Shown here in pieces: positions 16,509 to 24,969 of a DNA stretch of 25,034 nucleotides (positions are counted from its first letter, which is position 1; the number at the start of each line of letters is the position of its first letter). The translations under genes and the position numbers were made by a program. The stretch covers positions 1 through 25,034 of the forward strand of contig JBBIUY010000039.1 in NCBI GenBank assembly GCA_037440005.1, read 5' to 3'. This DNA comes from Armatimonadota bacterium. Lineage in GTDB: Bacteria; Sysuimicrobiota; Sysuimicrobiia; Sysuimicrobiales; Kaftiobacteriaceae. The notes beneath the pieces were generated by a model. The model ran no database searches, was not told the origin of the DNA, and saw only the letters and a list, made by a program, of their open reading frames with translations.

Positions 16509-17696
16509 GTGATCAGGTCACGACGTGGGAGACGGCTGGCCGCGGCGGTGGCGGTGGTCGCGGCAGCCAGCGTGCTGGGGGCGTTCGGCCCTGCGGGGGC
16601 TCAGGATCGCTCCCCCATCAAGGTGGGGATCTCCACGCGGCTGACGGGCCGCGCGGCGCTCATCGGCGACGGAGACCGCAAGAGCGTGCTGATGGCCCTC
16701 GAGGAGATCAACGCCGGCGGGGGCATCGCCGGACGTCCCGTGGAGGCGGTGTTTGCGGACAACCGGGGGGTGCCGTCGGAGGCGGTGGCGGCCGCGCGGA
16801 AGCTGGCGGAGGTGGACCAGGTGGTGGCGATCGTGGACTCGGCCGGCAGCAGTGGGACGCTGGCCGTCATGCCGATCCTCCCGGAGCTGCGCGTGGTGAA
16901 CCTGGCCAAGACCTCCACGAACCCCCAGATCTACGCCCTGTCGGGGGTGGGCGGCAACCCCTGGTCGTTCCGGATGAACCTCGACGATGAGATGATCGCC
17001 GACGTCTACTCGGCGTTCATCGCCCAGCGGGTCCGCACCATCAGCGTCCTGGCCTACAGCGACGACTTCGGCCGCGGTGCCGCGGCGGCGTACCGGCCCC
17101 GCCTGGCCGCCCGCGGGGTGCGGGTGGTCAGCGAAGACTTCTTCGACCGGGGGCTGCCCGACTACCGGCCGCTGCTGTCCCGGGTCAAGCGGCTCAACCC
17201 CCAGGGAATCCTCCTGGTGGTGACGGCGGGGGACGCCATGGTCTTCGTCCGCCAGTTCGCCGAGCTGGGCATGACCCAGAAGGTCTTTTCGCGGGGGGAC
17301 ATCGCCTCCCCGGAGTTCGTGGCGTCCATCCAGGACGCCCCCCAGATCGCGGAAGGGTGGATGGAGGCCACCCTGTGGGCGCAGGGCGTGGACACGTTCT
17401 ACGAGCAGCGGTACCGGACGCGGTGGACCAGCGAGCCGATCATCCACGGGGCGATGGCCTACTACGCGGTGCGGCACATCCTGGCGGCGGCGTTCGAGGA
17501 CGCGGCCGCCCGCGGCGGGCGCATCGACCGGGAGACGGTGCGTCAGAGCCTGGGACGCATCAGCGTGCCCACGCCGATCGGCACCATCCGGTTCGACGCC
17601 CACAACCAGGCCTACCCGAACCTGTACATCGTCGAAATCCGGGGCGGACGCGTGGTCATCCTGCGGTCGCTGCGCGTCTCCCCGCCGCAGCGGTAA
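16509..17696 (+). CDS. Branched-chain amino acid (LivJ/K-type) ABC transporter substrate-binding protein
   Basis: RBS GAAAGGAGGTG and GTG start, signal peptide, PIKVG, EEINAGGGIAGR, DDFG, DYRPLLSRVK and TPIGTIRFD. Confidence 0.92.
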   Translation: MIRSRRGRRLAAAVAVVAAASVLGAFGPAGAQDRSPIKVGISTRLTGRAALIGDGDRKSVLMALEEINAGGGIAGRPVEAVFADNRGVPSEAVAAARKLAEVDQVVAIVDSAGSSGTLAVMPILPELRVVNLAKTSTNPQIYALSGVGGNPWSFRMNLDDEMIADVYSAFIAQRVRTISVLAYSDDFGRGAAAAYRPRLAARGVRVVSEDFFDRGLPDYRPLLSRVKRLNPQGILLVVTAGDAMVFVRQFAELGMTQKVFSRGDIASPEFVASIQDAPQIAEGWMEATLWAQGVDTFYEQRYRTRWTSEPIIHGAMAYYAVRHILAAAFEDAAARGGRIDRETVRQSLGRISVPTPIGTIRFDAHNQAYPNLYIVEIRGGRVVILRSLRVSPPQR

Positions 17697-17699
17697 CGG

Positions 17700-18563
17700 G
17701 TGTTCCTGGTCGAGCAGGTCGTCAACGGCCTGACCCTGGGCAGCCTGTATGGCCTGGTCGCGGTGGGCCTGGCCCTCATCCTGGGGGTGGCTCGCTTCGT
17801 CAATCTGGCCCACGGGCAGGTGATGATGCTCTCGGCCTACCTGATCCTGCTGCTGCACCGGCGCCAGGGGCTCCCCTACGGCCCGGCCGTGCTCCTGACG
17901 GTGACAGTCCTGACCGCGGCGGGCGCGCTGACCGCCGTGGCGGGCCAGCGGGTGATCCGCAGCTCCTGGCGCACCCAGCTGGTCGTCACGCTGGCGGTGG
18001 CCGTGATCCTGGAAAGCCTGGTCATCCTCGGGATGGGAGCGGTTCCACAGGTCCTGCCCACCGCCTACTCCCGGCGGGTGGTCCGGGTGGCCGGGCTGGC
18101 CCTGTCGGTGCAGCGGCTGCTGGTCTTCACCGCAATCGCCGCGACCTTCGCCGCCCTCCAGGCGTTTTTGACGTACAGCCGCAGCGGAAAGGCCATGCGG
18201 GCGGTAGCCCAGAATCGCGACCTGGCCATGGCCCTGGGGGTGGATCCCGTGCGCGTGGGCGCCCTCACCTTCGGCATCGCCTTCGGGCTGGCCGCCCTCG
18301 CGGGGACGTTGCTGTCGCCGCTGTACACCATCTATCCCGCCATGGGAGCGGCGGTGACCTTCAAGGCCCTGGCGGCTGTGGTCATGGGCGGGTTCGGACA
18401 GGTGACGGGAACTCTCGGAGCGGCCCTGCTGCTGGGCGTCGCGGAGAGTCTGGCGGGGGGATTCGGGCTGTCCGTCTACCAGGACAGCCTGGCGTTCCTG
18501 CTGATGATCGGCGTCCTCGTGCTCCGCCCGCAGGGATTGTTCGGGGCGCGGGTGCGGCTGTGA
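17700..18563 (+). CDS. livH: LIV-type ABC transporter permease (LivH family)
   Basis: QVVNGLTLGSLYGLVAVGLALI, NLAHG, GKAMRAVAQNRDLA, VVMGGFG and RPQGLFG. The symbol is family-level only. Confidence 0.93.
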   Translation: MFLVEQVVNGLTLGSLYGLVAVGLALILGVARFVNLAHGQVMMLSAYLILLLHRRQGLPYGPAVLLTVTVLTAAGALTAVAGQRVIRSSWRTQLVVTLAVAVILESLVILGMGAVPQVLPTAYSRRVVRVAGLALSVQRLLVFTAIAATFAALQAFLTYSRSGKAMRAVAQNRDLAMALGVDPVRVGALTFGIAFGLAALAGTLLSPLYTIYPAMGAAVTFKALAAVVMGGFGQVTGTLGAALLLGVAESLAGGFGLSVYQDSLAFLLMIGVLVLRPQGLFGARVRL

Positions 18564-19558
18564 CCGCCCGACCGGTCAGTGCCGGGCGCCCGGATGCCGC
18601 GCGCCGTGCGGGGAGTCCCCGGGCTGCGGTCGCGGCGGCCCTGCTGGCGGCGGGACTGCTGGCCCCCGTTGTCCTGGGCACGCCCTACCTGCGCCACATC
18701 CTGACCATCGGCATGCTGAATGCCGCCCTGGCGCTGAGCTTCGACCTGCTGGCGGGGCACCTGGGCTACGTCTCGCTGGCCCACCCGGCGTTTTTCGGAG
18801 TAGGGGCCTACACGGCGGCCCTCCTCAATACCCGCTGGGGGCTGCCGGTGGGGCCCACGTTCCTCGCCGCCCTGGGAGGCGGCGCCCTGCTGGCCCTGGC
18901 GACGTCGGCGCCGTTCTTCCGCCTGTCGGAACTGTCGTTCGCCATCGGGACCCTGGGCCTGAGCCTGGTGGTCCAGGCGGTGGCCAACAACTGGGTGGAA
19001 CTCACCGGCGGTCCCATGTGCGTGACGGGGGTGGGGTATCCGGCCCCCGGCTTCCTGGCGCGTCTGGGGCCTCCCCAGGTGGGCGCGTACTACGTGGCGT
19101 TCGCCCTCGCGGTCGCGGTGGCGGCCCTCTACGCTGCCCTGACCACCGGCCGGGTGGGGCGGGTTCTCGCCGCCGTGCAGGGAGACGAGGTGCTCGCCAG
19201 CGCGTTCGGAGTCAACCCCCTGCGGTACAAAGTGGTGGGGTTTGCGGTCAGCGCGGCGGTGGCGGCGGCGGCGGGAGCCTTTTACGCCCACTACACCACT
19301 GTCATCTGTCCCGACGACCTCTCGCCGCTGCTGACCCTCAACCTGCTGGTGATGGTCTTCGTCGGCGGTCTGGGATCCCTGCGGGGCGTCCTGGTCGGGA
19401 CGGCGCTGTTCACGACCCTCACGGAGGCGGCGCGGTTCGCCGAGGCCGTCAGCCAGCTGGTCTACGGGCTGGTTCTGCTGGCGGTCGTCCTGTTCGCGCC
19501 CGACGGCCTGGAGGCCATCCTGCGGCGGTGGGCGCGGGGGAGGGGGCAGACCCCGTGA
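18560..19558 (+). CDS. livM: LIV-type ABC transporter permease (LivM family)
   Basis: GYVSLAHPAFFGVGAY, FAIGTL, LTGG, GVNPLRYK, VGGLGS and PDGL; GTGA overlap with livH. Confidence 0.92.
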   Translation: MTARPVSAGRPDAARRAGSPRAAVAAALLAAGLLAPVVLGTPYLRHILTIGMLNAALALSFDLLAGHLGYVSLAHPAFFGVGAYTAALLNTRWGLPVGPTFLAALGGGALLALATSAPFFRLSELSFAIGTLGLSLVVQAVANNWVELTGGPMCVTGVGYPAPGFLARLGPPQVGAYYVAFALAVAVAALYAALTTGRVGRVLAAVQGDEVLASAFGVNPLRYKVVGFAVSAAVAAAAGAFYAHYTTVICPDDLSPLLTLNLLVMVFVGGLGSLRGVLVGTALFTTLTEAARFAEAVSQLVYGLVLLAVVLFAPDGLEAILRRWARGRGQTP

Positions 19559-20313
19559 CGTCGATCCTGTGCGTGGAGCGTCTGACCAAGACCTTCTACG
19601 GAGTTGTGGCCCTGCGAGACGTGACGCTCAGCGTCGGACCGGGTGAGCTGGTGGGGGTGATCGGCCCCAACGGCTCCGGTAAGACCACCCTGTTCGACTG
19701 CGTGACGGGGTATCTTCGGCCGGACCGCGGGCGCGTGTGGTACCGCGGGCGGGAGATCACCGGTCTGCCCCCACACTGGGTGGCGCTGACCGGCATCGCC
19801 CGGACCTTCCAGACGGTGCGGATCTTCCCGCGCCTGACGGTGCTCGAGCACCTCCTCCTGGCCGTACAGGAAAGCCAGGGCGACGGAATCGTGGCGCGGG
19901 CGCTGCGGACGCCCGTGACCCGGCGCCTGGAGGCGGACGCCCGGGCGCGCGCCGCCGAGGTCCTCCAGCTGGTGAGACTGCAGGGCCTGGAGAGCCGTCC
20001 GGCCACTCACCTCTCCTACGGCCAGCGCAAGCTCCTCGTCCTGGGGATGGCTCTGATGGCCCGGCCGACGCTGGTGCTGCTGGACGAGCCGCTGGCGGGA
20101 ATCAACCCCGTGGTCGCGGAGGCCCTGGTGGAGGTCATCCGCGCGCTCCACCGGGATGGACTGACCGTCGTGCTGGTCGAGCACAACCTGCGCGCCGTCA
20201 TGGACACCTGCCAGCGGGTTGTCGTGCTGGATTCCGGGCGCCTGATCGCCGACGGCCCGCCTGAGGAGGTCCGGCGCAATCCCGACGTGCTGGAGGCCTA
20301 CTTTGGCCGCTGA
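19555..20313 (+). CDS. livG: LIV-type ABC transporter ATP-binding protein (LivG family)
   Basis: Walker A GPNGSGKTT, GIARTFQ, LSYGQRK, LLDEP, VEH and VLEAYFG. Confidence 0.93.
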   Translation: MTSILCVERLTKTFYGVVALRDVTLSVGPGELVGVIGPNGSGKTTLFDCVTGYLRPDRGRVWYRGREITGLPPHWVALTGIARTFQTVRIFPRLTVLEHLLLAVQESQGDGIVARALRTPVTRRLEADARARAAEVLQLVRLQGLESRPATHLSYGQRKLLVLGMALMARPTLVLLDEPLAGINPVVAEALVEVIRALHRDGLTVVLVEHNLRAVMDTCQRVVVLDSGRLIADGPPEEVRRNPDVLEAYFGR

Positions 20314-21040
20314 CTCTGCGGGGCCTCCGGTGCTGGAGGTCGCAGACCTCCGGGCGGGCTACGGCGACATCCCCGTGCTGGACGGGGTATCTGTGGCGGT
20401 CCGGGGCGGCATCACCTGCGTCATCGGCCCCAACGGAGCGGGCAAGTCCACGCTGCTCAAGGCGGTCGTCGGCCTGGCGGACCGGACGGGAGGACGGATC
20501 CTGCTGGCCGGCGAGGACGTGACGGGACTGGGGCCCCAGGCAATCCGCCGGCGCGGCGTGGCCTACGTCGCTCAGGGGCGGTGGAACTTCCCGCTGATGA
20601 GCGTCCGGGAGAACCTCGAGATGGGAGCGTTCGCCCGCGTGGACCGGTCCGGGGTGGAGGAGGAGATCCGGGAGGTGCAGCGGCGTTTTCCCGTCCTGGG
20701 CGCGCGGGCGCGGGAGCGGGCCGGCAACCTGAGCGGAGGGGAACAGCAGATCCTGGAGATGGTCATGGGTCTGCTGGCGCGGCCCCGGGTGCTGCTGCTG
20801 GACGAGCCGTCCCTGGGCCTGGCGCCGCGGATGGTCGAGCAGGTGTTTTCCGCCATCCGGGCCATCGGGGAGATGGGGGTGGCCGTCCTCATGGTGGAGC
20901 AGAACGCCCGGCAGGCCCTGGCCATCTCCTCGCACGCTGTGGTCCTGGACCTGGGCCGCAAGGTCTTGGAGGGGCCTGCGGGGGACATCCTCCGGGACGA
21001 AGGGGTCCGGCGGCGCTATCTCGGCGGATTGGCGGGGTGA
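20303..21040 (+). CDS. livF: LIV-type ABC transporter ATP-binding protein (LivF family)
   Basis: GPNGAGKST, SVRENLEMGA, LSGGEQQ, LLDEPSLGLAP, VEQN and YLGG. The start is uncertain (TTG 20303 or a downstream GTG). Confidence 0.93.
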   Translation: MAADSAGPPVLEVADLRAGYGDIPVLDGVSVAVRGGITCVIGPNGAGKSTLLKAVVGLADRTGGRILLAGEDVTGLGPQAIRRRGVAYVAQGRWNFPLMSVRENLEMGAFARVDRSGVEEEIREVQRRFPVLGARARERAGNLSGGEQQILEMVMGLLARPRVLLLDEPSLGLAPRMVEQVFSAIRAIGEMGVAVLMVEQNARQALAISSHAVVLDLGRKVLEGPAGDILRDEGVRRRYLGGLAG

Positions 21041-21053
21041 AGGCGGGTGGACC

Positions 21054-21078
21054 GGCCTGCCATCGAAGGTGGCGGGCC
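21054..21078 (+). terminator. Hairpin 13 nt after the livF stop (possible terminator or 3' stabiliser)
   Basis: GGCCTGCCATC-GAA-GGTGGCGGGCC, an 11-bp stem including 2 G-U pairs; no U-tract. Confidence 0.4.
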
Positions 21079-21132
21079 AGCTGTGGAGGTCTTCACCCGG
21101 ACGAAGGCCCGGCGGCGGGGTGGCGTGGGGTC

Positions 21133-21179
21133 TTGATCGTTGAGGAAATTTTGACTAGTCTAAGACTAGTCTGAATTTC
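21133..21179 (+). promoter_or_regulatory. Sigma70-type promoter and autoregulatory operator of the TA operon
   Basis: TTGATC (21133-38), 17 bp, TAGTCT (21156-61). Two GACTAGTC palindromes (21153-60, 21164-71) sit inside a GAAATT...AATTTC inverted repeat. Confidence 0.7.
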
Positions 21180-21197
21180 ATGAGGGGGGAGGTCGGC

Positions 21198-21440
21198 ATG
21201 CAGACGGTGGGGATGTACCAGGCCCGAACTCACTTCGCCCGGCTGCTCGACCGGGTGGAGGCCGGAGAGACGGTCACGATTACGAGGCACGGCGTGCCCG
21301 TCGCCCGCCTGGTCCCCGTACGGGAAACCTCTCGCCAGCAGGCCGAAGCGGCGGTGAACCAGCTGCGGGAGTTGCGGCGCGGGGCGAAACTGGGAGGGGT
21401 GCGGATTCGGGATCTGATCGAAGCGGGGCGACGTCGGTGA
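21198..21440 (+). CDS. Type II antitoxin, Phd/YefM (prevent-host-death) family
   Basis: MQTVGMYQARTHFARLLDRVEAGETVTITRHGVPVARLVP; GGAGG RBS. Confidence 0.92.
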   Translation: MQTVGMYQARTHFARLLDRVEAGETVTITRHGVPVARLVPVRETSRQQAEAAVNQLRELRRGAKLGGVRIRDLIEAGRRR

Positions 21441-21880
21441 CGCCCGGTCCGGCTTTCGTTCTCGATGCGTCGGTTGCTCTGAGTTGGTGCTTCGAGGACG
21501 AGGTGTCCGCCTACACCGAGGATGCGCTGGAGGCGGTCCGGGACCGCGGGGCTATCGTTCCCGCGCTGTGGCTCTGGGAGATGGCCAATGCGCTCCTTGT
21601 GGCGGAGCGGAAGCGGCGGCTGCCGCCGGGGCGGACCGTCGCCTTCACAGGGGCCTTGTCCTCCCTCCCGATCGAGATCGATGCCCCGCCCCGCCTCGGT
21701 CATCTCCCCTCCCTCTTGGAGATCGCTCGAACCACCGAGTTGTCTGCCTACGACGTCGCGTACCTGGCGACCGCCCTGGCACGCCGGTTCCCGCTGGCCA
21801 CGCGGGATGCGAAGCTGCGGGCAGCAGCGCCGCAGGTAGGCGTCAGGGTCTGGGACCCGGCGGGCGCGGGCAGACCCTGA
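21437..21880 (+). CDS. vapC: Type II toxin, VapC PIN-domain ribonuclease
   Basis: FVLDASVALSWCFEDE, WEMANAL, LSAYDVAYL and LATRDAKL; GTGA overlap with the antitoxin. Confidence 0.92.
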   Translation: MTPGPAFVLDASVALSWCFEDEVSAYTEDALEAVRDRGAIVPALWLWEMANALLVAERKRRLPPGRTVAFTGALSSLPIEIDAPPRLGHLPSLLEIARTTELSAYDVAYLATALARRFPLATRDAKLRAAAPQVGVRVWDPAGAGRP

Positions 21881-21962
21881 CGGGCGGCGTTCGTTGATTC
21901 ATCCGTCCTGCAGCGCCCGCCGGCCCCGTGGGCCTTGGCGGTCACCAGGACCCTCCGCCGGT

Positions 21963-22457
21963 CTAGCCCGTCGAGGTGCCTGTGTCCCCCGCGAACGCGG
22001 CCTGCAGGGTCGCGATGTCGAGCTTTTTCATCCGCAGGAAGGCCGCGGTCACGCGGGCCACCGCCCGGGGGTCGGGGTCCCGCAGCATCTCGCCCAGCAC
22101 AGCCGGCACGACCTGCCAGGACAGGCCGTAGCGGTCTTTGACCCACCCGCACTGCTCGGCCTCGGGGACCGCTGACAGCCTCTGCCAGTAGTAGTCGATC
22201 TCTTCCTGGGTGTCGCAGAGGACGACGAACGAGACGGCCTCGGTGAACCGGAACAGGGGCCCCGCGCTGATGGCCATGAACGGCTGGCCCAGCAGTTCAA
22301 AGGAGACGCTCTCCACGGTGCCGGAGGGGGTGTCGTGGAGGATCGTGATATCCGTGATCCGGGAGTCGGGGAAGACCGCGCAGTAAAACTCGGCCGCCTC
22401 CCGGGCCTCGCGGTCAAACCACAGGTGGGGGACGATCCTGCCTTCCATCCGCGCCAT
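21963..22457 (-). CDS. VOC family protein (PhnB / 3-demethylubiquinone-9 3-methyltransferase-like)
   Basis: IVPHLWFDREAREAAEFY, FTEAVSFVVLCDTQEEIDYYW, CGWVKDRYGLSWQVVP and MKKLDIA; AGGAGG RBS. Confidence 0.92.
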   Translation of the reverse strand: MARMEGRIVPHLWFDREAREAAEFYCAVFPDSRITDITILHDTPSGTVESVSFELLGQPFMAISAGPLFRFTEAVSFVVLCDTQEEIDYYWQRLSAVPEAEQCGWVKDRYGLSWQVVPAVLGEMLRDPDPRAVARVTAAFLRMKKLDIATLQAAFAGDTGTSTG

Positions 22458-22483
22458 GGGCGTCCTCCTGCGCCAGTGCCCCC

Positions 22484-22918
22484 TCAGGGGCGTCGCGGGG
22501 GACTGTAGATCACCATCCACTGGATGCCGAACCGGTCCCGGCAGCTGCCGTAGTAGTCCCCCCAGACCTGGTCGGCCAGGGGCATCTCCACCGCGCCCCC
22601 GCGGGAGAGGGCGGCAAAGACCCGGTCCGCGTCCTCCCGGCTGTCCAGCTGGATGGAGAGGTAGACACTGTTGCCCGGCGTGACCACCTGGCCCAGGGAC
22701 TCCAGGGCGTCGGAGGCCATCAGCACGTGGTCCCGGCCGAGGGGCAGGGCGATGTGCATGATCTTGTTTGCCTCCTGCGGGGGGATGGAGATGCCCGCCA
22801 TGGGCATGTCCGAGAAGCGGACGAGGGAGGTGAACTCGCCGCCGAAGACGGACCGGTAGAAGGTGAATGCCTCTTCGGTGGTGCCGGGGAAGTTCAGGTA
22901 CGGGTGGATCTGCGCCAT
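22484..22918 (-). CDS. VOC family protein (PhnB/YjdN-like)
   Basis: IHPYLNFPGTTEEAFTFYRSVFGGE, IMHIAL, LMASD and WGDYYGSCRDRFGIQWM; GGAGG RBS. Confidence 0.92.
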   Translation of the reverse strand: MAQIHPYLNFPGTTEEAFTFYRSVFGGEFTSLVRFSDMPMAGISIPPQEANKIMHIALPLGRDHVLMASDALESLGQVVTPGNSVYLSIQLDSREDADRVFAALSRGGAVEMPLADQVWGDYYGSCRDRFGIQWMVIYSPPRRP

Positions 22919-23095
22919 CGGTCATCCCTCCTCGGGGGCTGGCGCCGCACGGCGGGCAGACCGCCGCGACCCCCTCCCTTCCGGTGACGGGGGAAGACCG
23001 CGGCGAATCCGCGGAGCGTGACCGACGGCTCCCGGGCCGGAGAACGGCACGAAGGGGTCGGCCCGTGCAGACCGCGAGCCGGAACGTGTAAGCCC

Positions 23096-23124
23096 AGGGT
23101 ACTGGATCCGGGCCGCTTTGCCAA
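23096..23124 (-). promoter_or_regulatory. Putative sigma70-type promoter for the VOC genes
   Basis: On the minus strand: TTGGCA, 17 bp, TACCCT, about 175 nt upstream of the ATG at 22918. Confidence 0.4.
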
Positions 23125-23135
23125 GGGGGCCGGGG

Positions 23136-24353
23136 TCACCCCAGCAACCGGCGCACCCCGGCCACCAAGGCCTCGATGTCTGCGGGCTCGGTGTACAGGT
23201 GGACCGATACCCGCAGCAGCGTCAGCGATCCCCAGCGGAAGACCGGGACCTCCACCCGGGCGTCGCGGCGCAGGCGGCGGTGGGCCGCGTCCGGATCGCG
23301 GACGGGAAGCGGCACGCTGACCATCTGCGCGTACCAGGCGGGCGCGTCGGGGCTGAGCGGCGGCAGGCCTGTGAGCGCGCTGATCTCCCGGCGGGCAACG
23401 CGGGCCAGTTCGTGGCAGCGGTGGCGTCCGTCGGAATCCAGGTGCTCCTCCAGGAACCGGATGGCGGCGGGGACGCTCAGGCAGGCCGCGATGTCCCGGG
23501 TGCCCTGCCATTCGTGCTCGGCCACCAAACGGGAGGCCGGGCGTCCCAGGACGAGCCCGCCGCCGGTAGCCTCCCGGTGCCGGGAGGGAGGTCCGTCGGG
23601 GTCCCACCCCCAGCTGACCACCAGAGGCTGCAGCAGGTCGTGACGGTCGCGGCGGGCGTACAGAAACCCCGCGCCCTTCGGCGCGCACAGCCACTTGTGG
23701 CAGTTGCCGGCGTAGAAGTCGGGATCCAGGGCCCGCAGGTCCACCGGGATCTGGCCCGGCGCGTGGGCGCCGTCCACCACCGTCAGGATCCCCGCGGCGC
23801 GCGCCCGGCGCAGGAGGGCGTCGAGGGGGAAGATCAGGGCCGTAGGCGAGGTGACGTGGCTGCAGAACAGTACCCGGGTCCGGTCGGTGACACGCGACCA
23901 CACCGCGTCCACCACCTGCTCGGCTGACTCCACGGGGACGGGGACGGCCGCCTTGACATACCGCGCGCCTCGCAGGCCGCACACAAACTGCCACAAGCGG
24001 TCCGCCGCCCCGTACTCGTGGTCCGTGGACAGCACCTCGTCGCCGGGGCCCAGAGGCAGCGAGCGGGCGACGGTGTTGAGGGCTGTGGTGGCGTTGGGGA
24101 CGTACACCAGGTCGTCGGGATCGGCGTTCAGGTAGGCGGCGAGGGCGGTCCGGGCGGTGCGCATAAGGGTGCGGAACCGCCGCCCCAGAAACGCCACCGG
24201 CTGGCGCTCCAGCGTCCGCTGCCAGCGTTGGTAGGTCCGGAACACCGGCCGGGGGCAGGCTCCGAACGCGCCGTGGTTGAGGTAGACGACACCGCGGCGC
24301 AGCAGGAACTGGCTGCGGATCGCGGGCCCCGCGGCGGAGGAGGTCTGCGTCAC
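23136..24353 (-). CDS. Class V PLP-dependent enzyme (isopenicillin N epimerase / Egt2-like C-S lyase family)
   Basis: YLNHGAFGACP, VPNATTA, TDHEYGA, SHVTSPTA, DGAHAPG, GNCHKWLCAPKG (PLP Lys) and QGTRD. Confidence 0.92.
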   Translation of the reverse strand: MTQTSSAAGPAIRSQFLLRRGVVYLNHGAFGACPRPVFRTYQRWQRTLERQPVAFLGRRFRTLMRTARTALAAYLNADPDDLVYVPNATTALNTVARSLPLGPGDEVLSTDHEYGAADRLWQFVCGLRGARYVKAAVPVPVESAEQVVDAVWSRVTDRTRVLFCSHVTSPTALIFPLDALLRRARAAGILTVVDGAHAPGQIPVDLRALDPDFYAGNCHKWLCAPKGAGFLYARRDRHDLLQPLVVSWGWDPDGPPSRHREATGGGLVLGRPASRLVAEHEWQGTRDIAACLSVPAAIRFLEEHLDSDGRHRCHELARVARREISALTGLPPLSPDAPAWYAQMVSVPLPVRDPDAAHRRLRRDARVEVPVFRWGSLTLLRVSVHLYTEPADIEALVAGVRRLLG

Positions 24354-24360
24354 GGGACCG

Positions 24361-24889
24361 TCAGCCCTCCACGTCCTCCGCCTCGAAGCCCAGGATTGAG
24401 TAGTCGAGGTTCTCCGCCGGGTAGCCCATCCGCTTGAGCATGAACATCACCTGGCCCGGTGGTGGACCTCGTGGAAGAGCAGCTGGATCGCCACCCGCCG
24501 GTGGTGGTCCGAAAGCGGCGTCGGCGGCCGGCGGTCACCGACTCGAACACCAGCGGCCGCGTCCAGTCGTCCACCTCCCGCAGGGTCCGGCGGGTCTCCT
24601 CGGCCTGCGCCGCCCATGCCGCCTCCAGGGGGGCCAGCGGCTGCGCGGCGGACGAGGCGAACGGGCGCTCGCCGGGCGGGGGCACCGGCTCCCCGCGCAG
24701 GCGCCGCACGTAGCCCCACTCGGCCGAGGCCACGTGCACGAGGGTGGCGCGCGCGCTGCGGTGGCCGATGGGGAACTCCCGGGCGAACTGCTCGAGCGTC
24801 AGTTTCTGGACCCACCCCAGCAGCTTCTGGCGCGCCAGCACCAAATAGTCGTAGGCGTCGGCAGGCGCAATACCCGACAGCGTCGGCAT
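24361..24889 (-). CDS. DinB family protein (two apparent 1-nt deletions near 24495 and 24453)
   Basis: SARATLVHVASAEWGY. Restoring one G and one C in short homopolymers gives VAIQLLFHEVHHRAQVMFMLKRMG..ENLDY..* with the stop at 24361-24363, completing the DinB His triad. Confidence 0.85.
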
Positions 24890-24969
24890 CGTCGTCCTCC
24901 GCGGGAGGGTCTGCGGTGTTCGGTTCGCGCGCCGGCCGGCGACTCCTGCGCAGCCGTCCAGGCCCCGTC

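Noticed and set aside
6249..19554. Long N-terminal extensions in the ORF track (starts 6249, 10530, 12329, 15107, 16386, 17357, 19018)
   Set aside because: Homology begins at downstream starts that are coupled to the previous stop codon or preceded by an RBS; the extensions are low-complexity overlaps.
22975..23040. Resemblance to cobalamin or ZTP riboswitch or SRP RNA fragments
   Set aside because: Only short partial matches, with conserved core elements missing; the riboswitch-like reading is antisense to the flanking genes.
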